Shown one piece after another: positions 34,301-43,878 of a stretch of 64,000 bases of DNA. The notes below the pieces were generated by a model. It did not search any database. It worked only from the letters and a program-made list of their open reading frames with translations, and was not told where the DNA came from. Origin of the DNA: a virus; IMG/VR virus record IMGVR_UViG_3300045012_000235, positions 60,601 through 124,600 of that record; one strand, given 5' to 3'. Within the stretch, counting starts at the first letter, position 1; each line of letters starts with the position of its first letter. Both the position numbers and the translations under genes were made by a program.

Positions 34301-34816
34301 GACTCGATGTCGCCGGCATCGTTGAACCCGACACTCTCGATGCGGAGCGCGGCGTCGAAGACGGGGTTGTGGAGCCCCTGATCCTTATCGAGCGGGCGCT
34401 CGCCGTTGAGTTGTTCGATGAAGCTCTGGAGTTGCGCGCACTCGGTGGTGTTCTCGCCGGTGAGGTTGAGAAAGACGAAGCCGTCTACGTTTCGGATCTC
34501 GATCTTCATCACATCCTCGGAGGTGGGAAACCAAACGATACGAGTTCGATCGATTCGATGAGTTTGAGTGTCTTGCCCTCGACGCGCGCCACGTACCCGA
34601 TCGCGGCGTCGGCGGCGCGGTGCCACTCTTTGCTGGGGTGCTTGTCGTCGCACTGCCCTGGGCGGTACGCGGTCCACACGGCGCGCTGGATGATGCGTGG
34701 GACGAGTCTCCAGTGGCGAAGGCACATCAAGAGCTCCGGTTTGACGGGTTTGCCGCAGTCGCGCGCGTGGCATGTGTGCGGCAGCGGCTCGTCGAAGAGC
34801 TTGGTCTGCTTCGCGG

Positions 34817-35314
34817 TCATTGCTTGCTCTTGGGCGCCTTGGTGCGTATCAGCTTCTTCACGGTCGCCTTGGCCGCGCGCGAGACAGGTCGCGCCCGTTT
34901 TGGTATCGTCGACCTCGGCACCGGCTGGCTTCGAGCCTTCACGACGAGCGTCCCGAGTTCACGCCACTCCCCCTTGCTTAGTGATTTGCTGCACCCTCTG
35001 CAGGCGTGCATGCGGTCGAAGGCGGCTGACAACTCCAGATCGAGCGCGTCGGCAATCTTCCTTGGATCCTTCCAGTTCCCAAGCCACTCACGATCCATTC
35101 GCATCCGGGCGAGAGCTCGGATCACTGGAGCGAGTCCGGGGCCGCCCAGGATGTCGGTGCCGTGCGCGGCGAGGACGAACCGCGCGTGGGCACGAGCCTC
35201 GTAGTAGAGGCTATCGTCTCCCTTGTTGGCGACCGCCTGGATGCTCTTCATCATCTTGGCGACCATGTCGCCGGCATCGTCGTTGTCGAACGGCCCGGTT
35301 CCCCATACGCCCAT
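34817..35314 (-). CDS. DUF4259-like protein
   Basis: N-terminus MGVWGTGPFDNDDAGD. Confidence 0.65.
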   Translation of the reverse strand: MGVWGTGPFDNDDAGDMVAKMMKSIQAVANKGDDSLYYEARAHARFVLAAHGTDILGGPGLAPVIRALARMRMDREWLGNWKDPRKIADALDLELSAAFDRMHACRGCSKSLSKGEWRELGTLVVKARSQPVPRSTIPKRARPVSRAAKATVKKLIRTKAPKSKQ

Positions 35315-36620
35315 TAGCTCTCCTTCTTGTTGTTCATGCTCGGCATTCACCGTCCCCTACATCCATCGGTTTGATGTTGACCTCCACGACGCATAGCGAT
35401 CCATCCACGTTCGCAAGGCATCGGTACGTTCCGTCCGGCTGCCTCGTCGCTTTGCCCCAATACTGGATGCCAGGGTATCGACGGTCGCGTTCACCATCGA
35501 CGAGAACTTCGTTCGGTAACATCTACGCCTCGATTCTTCGGATTCGTCTCCCGGCGCCGGACGATGTCGTAACCGTCGAGAGTCCGAGACGTGTACGCAC
35601 CCGATTGAACGCGCTCAAGGGGGTGTTTCCGTAGGCGCGAGTGACGGTGCGCCCGCAGGTCGCTTGCGCCATGAACCGCGCACCGGTTCGCGTCTTGCGG
35701 ACGAGGATGTCCGTCGTCGTCCGACCGGACGGGCTGTGCCAGTGTGAACGAAACTCTTTCATGCTCCCTCCTCGATCTCGATTTCGTTTCGGGTCCGTCC
35801 GCACCCAAAGCAGCGTTTCGACCCCTTCAGCTTCCCGTGCCGATGCGGAGTGCACGGGTCGACGTCCTCGGTCCGGGCAGGGAGGAGTTGATCGTCGTTG
35901 TTGGTGTACGCGGGCAACGGGTCGGAGCGGCTCATCGAACGCGCCTTGTGCTGCGCCACGCTCGCCACACCTTGGGGAGGCTCGACGGATGACGAAGCAG
36001 TTCGCGCCAATTCACGCGAAACCGCTTCCCGTCGAACGCGGCCACCCAGAGAGTCGATGACGGTGTGGCATTTGTACGGTAGAGCGCTTCCATGCCGTTC
36101 ACCGGTCCTTCAGCGGAAGTCGATTGAACGGTACGCGATTGGCGGCGTGACCTGAGTGCTTCAGACAGAATCGGCCGGGCAGGATCGCATACTCGGCGTA
36201 TTTGCCGAAGGTCAGTTGCCGGATCCGATAGCCCGCCGAGTCGGGGCATCGGCGGTCGCCTTCCTTGTGGTCGCAGCGTGGGTTCGATTTCACGGTTCAC
36301 CTCTCATGAGCGCAGCGGCAAGGATGCCGAGGACCGCTGCCAAAAGCACGACGCCGAGAACGTTCATCGGTCGGACTCCGGCGTGCTCGACAACTGAATC
36401 AAGTCCACCGAGATCTCGACAGGGCTCTCGATGCTCAACTGCGAGAACGAGAGGCACGGGCGCTCGCGGCTTCCGCATCCAGCCAAGGGGCTTCCTCCGT
36501 GTGTGCCGTCTGGATCGATGTAGAACACTTGCACTCCCGGCGTCTCGCGTTTCGGTTTACCCCGACATCCGGTGACCGACGCGAACAGCGTGACGGCAAC
36601 GAGGAAGACGTTCCGCCGAT

Positions 36621-36788
36621 TCACAGCCCCACCGCCTTCAGAGCCCGGTCGAGCAGCGCGCGAACGGTTTCCGAGAAGTTGGCCTCCATCCCTGTGTCCT
36701 TGTGCAGCTTGTCCTGGTACTTGCGGATGCGCGCCTTGAGGTCGTCGGTCATGCGGATCTGGTTCTGTTTTGTCTGCGCCCGCTTCAT
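36621..36788 (-). CDS. Ribbon-helix-helix transcription regulator, paralog 3
   Basis: MKRAQTKQNQIRMTDDLKARIRKYQDKLHKDTGMEANFSETVRALLDRAL; first gene of the third leftward operon. Confidence 0.7.
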   Translation of the reverse strand: MKRAQTKQNQIRMTDDLKARIRKYQDKLHKDTGMEANFSETVRALLDRALKAVGL

Positions 36789-36819
36789 TGCTTCGTACGG
36801 TAGCACCACCGTACACCGA

Positions 36820-36847
36820 TTGACAATGAGTGACGCGAGGGTATCCT
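36820..36847 (+). promoter_or_regulatory. Sigma70-type promoter for the third rightward operon
   Basis: TTGACA-16 bp-TATCCT in a divergent gap. Confidence 0.55.
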
Positions 36848-37262
36848 CTCCGTGATGGAAAAGATCCGGTACCGCTTCAAGGTGACGACGGCGGACGTGC
36901 CGCCGAGGATCCTCTTCGTCTACGGTCGCGATCCGGCGGACGCGCGCAGCAAGGTGACGGACCTCATCACGAGCATCGAGTCCGCGGGCACCGTCGAGAA
37001 GGGTGTCGTTCACTTCCCGCCCGAGGAGCTCCGCGAGGTGATGGCGACGATGCAGGACGGACGCCGAGCGCCGGGGGCGTGAGCCAAAGGAGGAAGTAAT
37101 GAGATTCGTTGTTCTGCTTTTACTACTCGTCGCGTGTGACCCGCCGGATCCCAATCTCGTCATGAATTGCCAGAAGGTGCTCTCCAGCGATGGTTCGGTC
37201 GTGGACATGGGACGGCTATCATCATAGTGCGACGTGCGAATGCGACCGAGAACCGAAATAAC

Positions 37263-38686
37263 AAACATGCGCGCGACTCTGGAGGGACGATGACTTGGGG
37301 AATTTGGTGCGTCGAACCGAACTGCTGGCTACGTGATGCGCTAGGTCAGTCAAGACGTTTCACCGATAAGCTCGACGCCATTGTGGCAAAGAATCAGATG
37401 CGACGAATGTGGAGAACGGCGCGAGAGCGTGATCCAAAGTACGATTATCACGTCGCACCCTTCGTCGAGAGTTGAAGTAATCAAAATGCGCGCGACCACT
37501 AAACAGACTTCGGACTCGTCCGGTACTACGGCGGACGTGCAACCGTCGCCCCCTGCCGGCGCGTCCGAAGAGCAGGGGGCCCTTCGGGGCCGAGGTAAGA
37601 GGCCAAAACGTGAGTCAGATCCGAATGCGAAACCGTGGCTGGTGTACGACTTGAAGCGCGGTTACGTATGGGGTCCGGGGCATGAGAGGTGGCCAGGTCG
37701 AGTAGCGACGTGGTCTGGACCAGGCAATCAAGGCGCGGCGGGAGACTAGCGAAAATGCGCGCGCACCCAGACATCGACGTGTCGGTTCGAGTGGCTGCCG
37801 CCGCCTGGGCCGGCATCCCGGCTCTCGTAAAAGAGGTAGACGCTTTCGTGAACGAGACGAATCTGCCGACGGCTATCGTGCTTTTCGTGACGACCATCAT
37901 CGCCATTTGTGTTGCAAACTAGGGTATCGAAAATGCGCGCACGCTCGGAGGACCGATGAGACGCATCCGAAAAGGAGTGACAGAACTGGACGTCATACGA
38001 GAGATGCTCAACGGGTGGCAACTCTCCCGACACTCGGTAGCGAATATGGGAGTTTCCCTACCAACGGCTGACCGTTGGCTCGAGGCCATACGACTCCGCA
38101 TCCCCGGAGCGCGCAAGTTCAAGGATGGCAAAACGACTTGGTACGAGTGGGAGCCGACGAGACTCATGCTCAAGAAGCATCGAGAAGGGCGTTAGCGAAA
38201 ATGCGCGCTTCGCGACAAGGAACGAAGGAGACGCGATCGTCCGCTGGCTCGTCATCCAAAGCTCAGACTACTTACCGTTGTGCAACGCCATACGGAATGG
38301 TGAGCACCTGAAGTGAACAACCAGCGCGCCATCCTGCGCGCAAAGCGCCTGGGACTCAACGAAACGAAAGGAGACGGATGATGGCCAAGTACAGGAAGCG
38401 ACCCGTGGTGATCGAGGCGGTGCAGTTCGACCCTGCCGTACATCCGTGGCCGGACGGGGTGCATGCGATGGTAGGTCCGTGGGCGTCCACCGAGTGCTTC
38501 GCTCGGGAGCTTGGTGCGAGCCCCGCCGACTGCGGGTGGGTGCCTACGCTGGAAGGCGGCCACGTCGCTCAGAAGGGCGACTGGATCATTACCGGGGTCA
38601 AGGGCGAGAAGTATCCGTGCAAGTCAGACATCTTCGAGGCGACATACGAGGCCGTGTAAGGACGATCGGCGCTCACCAATGCGCGC
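37263..38686 (+). repeat. Dispersed AAAATGCGCGC motif at boundaries of small ORFs
   Basis: Exact copies at 37483, 37752, 37930 and 38198 (two within TAGCGAAAATGCGCGC); variants at 37263 and 38676. Confidence 0.65.
38378..38659 (+). CDS. Conserved phage hypothetical protein (PGDYG-like family)
   Basis: KYRKRPVVIEAVQF...TLEG...GDWIITGVKGEKYPCKSDIFEATYE. Confidence 0.75.
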   Translation: MMAKYRKRPVVIEAVQFDPAVHPWPDGVHAMVGPWASTECFARELGASPADCGWVPTLEGGHVAQKGDWIITGVKGEKYPCKSDIFEATYEAV

Positions 38687-39275
38687 TTTTACTCAGCAAT
38701 CAAAGGAGACGTGAAGTGATGGGAGTTGATGGCAGGCTGCTGGTATCGATGAGCGACAGGGAAAGGGCGCGAAAGTTCTTGGAACCCATCCTGACCTTCC
38801 GTAGAAGCCGAGTCTGGCATGATGCGGAGCTCGTGAAATGCCTCGCTGACCAATTCGCAGAGGTGCGACGGCAGGCGCTGAGCCGGCATCCTCAGTGCAC
38901 GTGCGCGGCCATCCAGAACGAGGACGACAGCCGGCACTTCCGCGAGTGCCCACTTCGCAAGGAACACGGTGGGCCTGATGGCGCCTGGGCCTCAGGTGGT
39001 GGGTCCAGGTAAAACTGCGCAAGGAGGCTTGAATGGTAACGGCGTGGCTCATCGTATTCGGTCTCTGCCTCTTGCTCGACATGCGCACGAACGATGGCTG
39101 CCTCTGCGGTGCGACCGCGTGGTGCCCGGTGCACAACCAGCCGTGAACGAAGTCCCAGGGGAGCCTCCCACGTCCCTACCTCGACAGGTGGCAGCAGAGG
39201 GCCGCGCTGGTCCGGCGACAACGGCCAGCCCAATACCTTGACGGTCGTTGACCGATCCGGATAGCATCTTCCTCC

Positions 39276-39683
39276 ATGCGGCGAACGATTCTTGCAGCGC
39301 TCTCTGTCGTCTTCGTTATGGGATGCGGTCCCTCGGTTTGGCAGCAGCTCGTTACCACCATCGAGACCGGGCTCGAGAACGGCACCACCCTCGCTCAGCT
39401 CGAGGCGATCGTCGTGCAGTTCTTCCCGCAGTTCGCGAACGACGCCGCGATCGTCGACTCGATCTTGCAGGCCGTCATTTCGCTCCTGCAGACGACCAAC
39501 GTGTTGCCTCCCACGGCCCAGGCGAATGCCAACGCTCTGCAGTCGCAGATTGGCGTGAAGCTCGCCGCCGCGAAGAAGACGGGGTGGGTGCTGCCGCCGG
39601 ATGCCGCGGACGTCATCGCAGGGATCGCGCAAGGTCACTCTCCGAGGCTCGTTGCGGCGATTCAGGGGGCGGTGACGCGATGA
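39276..39683 (+). CDS. Lipoprotein
   Basis: Signal peptide with lipobox, MRRTILAALSVVFVMG-C. Confidence 0.7.
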   Translation: MRRTILAALSVVFVMGCGPSVWQQLVTTIETGLENGTTLAQLEAIVVQFFPQFANDAAIVDSILQAVISLLQTTNVLPPTAQANANALQSQIGVKLAAAKKTGWVLPPDAADVIAGIAQGHSPRLVAAIQGAVTR

Positions 39684-40915
39684 CCCTCCGCTGCAGGCCG
39701 TACTACAAGCTCTCGAAGCGTTCGATCCACGAGCACATCAAGGCCCGCGCCGCCGGAAGCGGCCCCTGGACCGTTCCTGCGCTTTGCGCGTACTACGGCC
39801 TGCAGGCGGGCTCCCTTCCAGGTGGCGGAACCATCGGCATCCTCGAGCTCGGCGGCGGCTGGGTTGCGTCGGACATGACGACGTTCTTCGGCAACATCAA
39901 TCAGCCTGTGCCGTCCATTACGGACGTGTCGGTGGACGGCACGCAAAACGCGGGCGCGGCGGGCGGGGACGCGAGCGTCGAGGTTGCGCTCGACATTCAG
40001 GTGGCGGCTGCTGTCTACCAGTACCTGACGGGCAAGAAGGCGGTCGTGCGGATGTATTGGTCCCAAGGGATCGATACGGCGGCCATTGCGTCCAGCAAGG
40101 ACGGCTGCGCGGTGTGCTCGTGCTCCTGGGGCGACGACGAGCCGGCGTGGGGCGCGTCGGGGCTCGCTGAAATGCAGGCGGCGCTCGTGACCTGCACGGG
40201 GGCAGGCACCACGTTCTTCGCGGCCAGCGGGGACAACGACGGGGACGACAGCGACGGGACGGGCAAGCCGTCGGTCGATGCGCCCGCGAGCTGCACGAAC
40301 GCTGTCGCGTGCGGCGGAACCTCGACGCCGCAGTCCGGTCCGAGCGTCATCTGGAACAACAACCCGGGGAATGCGAACGGAGAGGGCACGGGCGGAGGCT
40401 ACAGCGGCACCTTCCCGTTCGCCGCATGGTGCACTGGTCCGACCGGAACAGGACGCATGGTGTCGGACGTGGCTTCGAACGCCGACCCCGACACAGGCTT
40501 CGAGATCGTTCAGGGTGGCCAGTCGCAAGTCGTCGGCGGCACTTCGGCAGCGGCGCCGTTCTGGGCGGGCGTCTTCGCCGCGCTTGGCGCGAAGGGGCAG
40601 GGCTTCGTCAACGCGAAGCTCTGGGGAGCCAAGAGCGACTTCACGGCGGTCACGAGCGGCACCAACGGGAGCTACCCGGCGGACGTGTGCTGTGGACTCG
40701 GGGTCCCGACTCAGGCCCTCTTGACCGCGTTGGCCGGTGCGGCAGCGCCCCCGGCGCCCCCGGCCCCGCCGAGCGGTTTGCTCAGCGCCGCCCAAGTCAT
40801 CGGCGTCCAGGCGGCCATCGACTCGGTGATCGATCCGGCGGATGCGCTCATCGAGAAGGTCGTCGTCGCGCCGGAGCTTCAGGCGGCCATTACGGCGCTC
40901 GGTCCGACATCGTGA
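39680..40915 (+). CDS. S53 (sedolisin/kumamolisin) family serine protease, catalytic domain
   Basis: IGILELGGG, EVALD (catalytic E/D), SWG, AASGDN (oxyanion D), GGTSAAAP (catalytic S); ATG overlaps the upstream stop. Confidence 0.88.
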   Translation: MTLRCRPYYKLSKRSIHEHIKARAAGSGPWTVPALCAYYGLQAGSLPGGGTIGILELGGGWVASDMTTFFGNINQPVPSITDVSVDGTQNAGAAGGDASVEVALDIQVAAAVYQYLTGKKAVVRMYWSQGIDTAAIASSKDGCAVCSCSWGDDEPAWGASGLAEMQAALVTCTGAGTTFFAASGDNDGDDSDGTGKPSVDAPASCTNAVACGGTSTPQSGPSVIWNNNPGNANGEGTGGGYSGTFPFAAWCTGPTGTGRMVSDVASNADPDTGFEIVQGGQSQVVGGTSAAAPFWAGVFAALGAKGQGFVNAKLWGAKSDFTAVTSGTNGSYPADVCCGLGVPTQALLTALAGAAAPPAPPAPPSGLLSAAQVIGVQAAIDSVIDPADALIEKVVVAPELQAAITALGPTS

Positions 40916-41211
40916 GTCGCGCCCTCGAGATCGTCATGGGCACGTCAATCGCGTGCGCTCTGCTTGCGTCGGTCGTGTACTTTTCGGACTGCAAACCATC
41001 TCCGGCTTCCCCGACCCCCGCCACGATCGCGAGTAGCCTCGTCGAGGCCGGCTGCGCGGCCGCCTCACCAACCCTCGTGCAGTCGGTCCAATCCGAGCTC
41101 GAGGCCGGGAGTGTGCCGGCGTGGATGTCCTGCCTCGCGGCCGGTGGAACCGTGGCCTCGTGTGCGGTACCCTGTGATGCCGCGACCACCGTCACAGTGA
41201 CGCCTCCGTAA
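40912..41211 (+). CDS. Small Cys-rich exported/membrane protein
   Basis: GTG start overlaps the protease stop; hydrophobic N-terminus and several Cys. Confidence 0.55.
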   Translation: MSRALEIVMGTSIACALLASVVYFSDCKPSPASPTPATIASSLVEAGCAAASPTLVQSVQSELEAGSVPAWMSCLAAGGTVASCAVPCDAATTVTVTPP

Positions 41212-41285
41212 CTTCTTGGTGTTTTGCAAATCAAAGGTCGTGGTAACCTGTAGCGTGTGGTCGTCCTAGAGAGAAGGATCACTTC

Positions 41286-41843
41286 ATGCCGCCCATCCGG
41301 GACGACGACCCGCCCGAACTTCGTCAACGCTTGTTCGGGAGCCCCGCTTTGGTAGCCGAGAACGCCATGCGGCTCGCATGGGAGGCTCGGCAGGACGTAA
41401 ACCTACTGAGCGGGGAAGTCAAAAATACCTCCGCACGGCTCCTGGATTTGGAGGGTCGGATCATCTCGAGTCTGGGGCGCATCGAACAACGCCTCGGTAT
41501 CGTTGAGCGGAAACCGATCAAATCCGAGAGCCGGCCCGAGCACGCTGCCGTCGTCATCACGTCGAGTCAGCGGCCCATCAGTTATCACGAACTGCCGGAT
41601 GCCATCGCCAAGGTGATGCCGGAGATCGAGCGTCGGCAGGCGGTGGCGTGGTGGATGGGGGTTATCGACGGGTTCAAGAACGCGTTTCGTGAGGGACTCC
41701 GCAAGGGCGCAGCGGGAGCGGTTGCGGCGCTCGTGCTCGCGGGGCTCCTCCTCGCGGCCGGGTACTTTTTACGCGACTGCGCGCACTCGATCGTCAAGAC
41801 GGGCAATTCAAGCGCGGTGCCGAAGATTCACGGGGTCGAGTAA
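41286..41843 (+). CDS. Coiled-coil protein with a C-terminal TM helix
   Basis: Heptad-like segment followed by AAGAVAALVLAGLLLAAGYFL. Confidence 0.6.
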   Translation: MPPIRDDDPPELRQRLFGSPALVAENAMRLAWEARQDVNLLSGEVKNTSARLLDLEGRIISSLGRIEQRLGIVERKPIKSESRPEHAAVVITSSQRPISYHELPDAIAKVMPEIERRQAVAWWMGVIDGFKNAFREGLRKGAAGAVAALVLAGLLLAAGYFLRDCAHSIVKTGNSSAVPKIHGVE

Positions 41844-42142
41844 GACGGCGTCCACTGTTTGCCGCGAACCTTCATCGGTTGCGGACCTGCGTCGGGGGAT
41901 GCGGCACTGAAGCGCATGTCGTCTGTCCCGATGTAGCAGCACGAGTCGGCCGGGCAGCCGACCGACGGGAAGCTCCCGCCGCACGTGTCTCCTTGGCCGC
42001 AGCACGTGAGCGGAGTCGTTGAGTAAATGACGCCCGATGGAGTGCACGGGTAGTCCGCCGTGGGCGTCTGCGCGGGATCGTGTTTGCTAACCCACGTGCA
42101 GCTCGTGAGCGCTACGGCGAGTGCGAGGACGACGCGAATCAT
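41828..42142 (-). CDS. Cys-rich lipoprotein
   Basis: MIRVVLALAVALTS-C lipobox; multiple Cys including CC pairs. Confidence 0.65.
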   Translation of the reverse strand: MIRVVLALAVALTSCTWVSKHDPAQTPTADYPCTPSGVIYSTTPLTCCGQGDTCGGSFPSVGCPADSCCYIGTDDMRFSAASPDAGPQPMKVRGKQWTPSYSTP

Positions 42143-42399
42143 GCGAGCGTGACCTCGACTGGAACGGGTTCGACTTCGATGTACTCGGCGATCTGTGAGC
42201 CCCCGAACGCAAACGTGCCGCGCGCGTACCGGAAGAAGCGGCCTTGCCAGGACAAGATCGGGGCGAACTGGGCCTCGTCGTCCGGGAACCGTTCGTCGGG
42301 GAGATCTTCGAGTTCGGCTGTTCCGATGAGCGTTCCCGAGGTGGGGTCTGAAGGGTCTGTTTGGCACGCAAGTTCACGGTTTCGGTCATGGGAACCATT

Positions 42400-42678
42400 C
42401 TACAGCAGTTTCAGTGCGTCGATCGCCGTCGCAGCGCCCGCAACACCGGCGACGACTCCGGCGATGGTTCCGATGACTCCAAGCACCGCGAGCACCTTGC
42501 CGAACGTGTCCGGCGACTTGACCCAGTCGGTGTTGCGGTAGCTCTCGGCGATGGCGATTTGCTCTTCGGGGGTGCACGTCAGGAAATCCTGAATCTCGTC
42601 GGGCGACAGGCTGGTTAGCGTGACGAGTTCGGCAACGTACTTCGTGAACGCTTCTTCTTCCGGCGTCAGGGCTGGCAA
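42400..42678 (-). CDS. Small protein with a C-terminal hydrophobic helix
   Basis: GGAGG RBS before TTG 42678; ends GKVLAVLGVIGTIAGVVAGVAGAATAIDALKLL. Confidence 0.55.
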   Translation of the reverse strand: MPALTPEEEAFTKYVAELVTLTSLSPDEIQDFLTCTPEEQIAIAESYRNTDWVKSPDTFGKVLAVLGVIGTIAGVVAGVAGAATAIDALKLL

Positions 42679-42926
42679 GAGATACCTCCGCCATCGAGGT
42701 CCACCGGCTTGCCGTGGCGGAGGAGCATGCTTTCGTTGTTGCAAAGCGCGGCCCTCTCGAGGGCCCGTACTTGCGACGGCGTGCAGGCGCCGGCATCCGG
42801 TGCGCAGATCGCTTCGATGAGAAGCTCGTCCTTGACCGCGCTCGTGGCGCTCTTCGTGTCCGCTTCTGCCCAACCGCCACCGCACCCGCACGAGGCGATG
42901 AGACCCAACCACCAAAGCCGGATCAC
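42666..42926 (-). CDS. Putative lipoprotein
   Basis: MIRLWWLGLIASCGC N-terminus; Cys-rich. Confidence 0.5.
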   Translation of the reverse strand: MIRLWWLGLIASCGCGGGWAEADTKSATSAVKDELLIEAICAPDAGACTPSQVRALERAALCNNESMLLRHGKPVDLDGGGISCQP

Positions 42927-43140
42927 GAGGCCCTTGAGGTATCCACGATGAACGCCGAGACGTCCGCCATCGAGCGGCAGGCCCGGCTTGGGTGCAGGCC
43001 TTCCGCGCTGGTGTCCACCTGCGTCGAGTAGCCGACCGCGTACGCTGCCTGCTTGATCGAGCCGCTGTACGAGTTCCAGACCGAGTCGTCCACCACGGCC
43101 GTCGCCAGGATTCCGTCGCTGTTGCAGAGCGACAGAAACA

Positions 43141-43617
43141 TCACGCAGCCTTGGGCGGATCGGCCTTGACCCCGTTGTCGTTTGCCGCCGACTGCCGCGT
43201 GATCTTGGGCGCGGAGATGTGCTGGTGCGCCGTGATGCCGCTCACCGCTCCGGTGAGGGCCATGAAGCCCGCCAGAAAGGCGTTGAACCATGCGGCTTCG
43301 TTGTCGGTCGTCGCCGCTGTGATCGACATCACGAAAGCCGTCAGGAAGGTGCCGAACAGGGTCACGTACGGGATCCAGGCCGGGGGGAGCGGGATGACCC
43401 CGAGGAACGTTCCGGTGCTGATGGCTTGCGATACGAAACCGACCAGAACGCTCAGGAGGGCGACGATGACGGTCGTGGCTGTGACCTTCGCTACGATAAC
43501 GGGGGCCGCACCGGCGCCCGCCGTCTGCGCCAGCGCGGTTGAGGCTCCAAAAAGAAACAAGCACGTTGCGAGCATCAGGGCCATCATCCATGCCAGTTTT
43601 CGGGTTCGTTCGCGCAT
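43141..43617 (-). CDS. Multi-pass membrane protein (holin-like candidate)
   Basis: Signal-like helix plus three TM segments and a charged tail. Confidence 0.55.
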   Translation of the reverse strand: MRERTRKLAWMMALMLATCLFLFGASTALAQTAGAGAAPVIVAKVTATTVIVALLSVLVGFVSQAISTGTFLGVIPLPPAWIPYVTLFGTFLTAFVMSITAATTDNEAAWFNAFLAGFMALTGAVSGITAHQHISAPKITRQSAANDNGVKADPPKAA

Positions 43618-43878
43618 GACGCGATTGTACCCGGCATAGCCTGTGTGCGGCAAACTTTTACAGGTGGTCGAGGTTCTGCGCGGGTTCGAGCCGCGCTCGA
43701 ATACCCTTTTCGAGGGAGATGACTTCGTCCAGAAGGGCATCGATCCGAGCGCGGAGCTTCTGATCTCCGGCGGTGGACGCACGCGCCACAGCGAATCGAA
43801 GATGCGCGCTCGAGTCCCGAAGAGCGTTGGCAGCGAGGTGGACGTGGTGACGCGATTCGATGCTCATGCGAGATCTCC

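Noticed and set aside
43523-43534. 12-nt match to spacer 5 (self-targeting)
   Set aside because: Too short and internal to the spacer; expected by chance.
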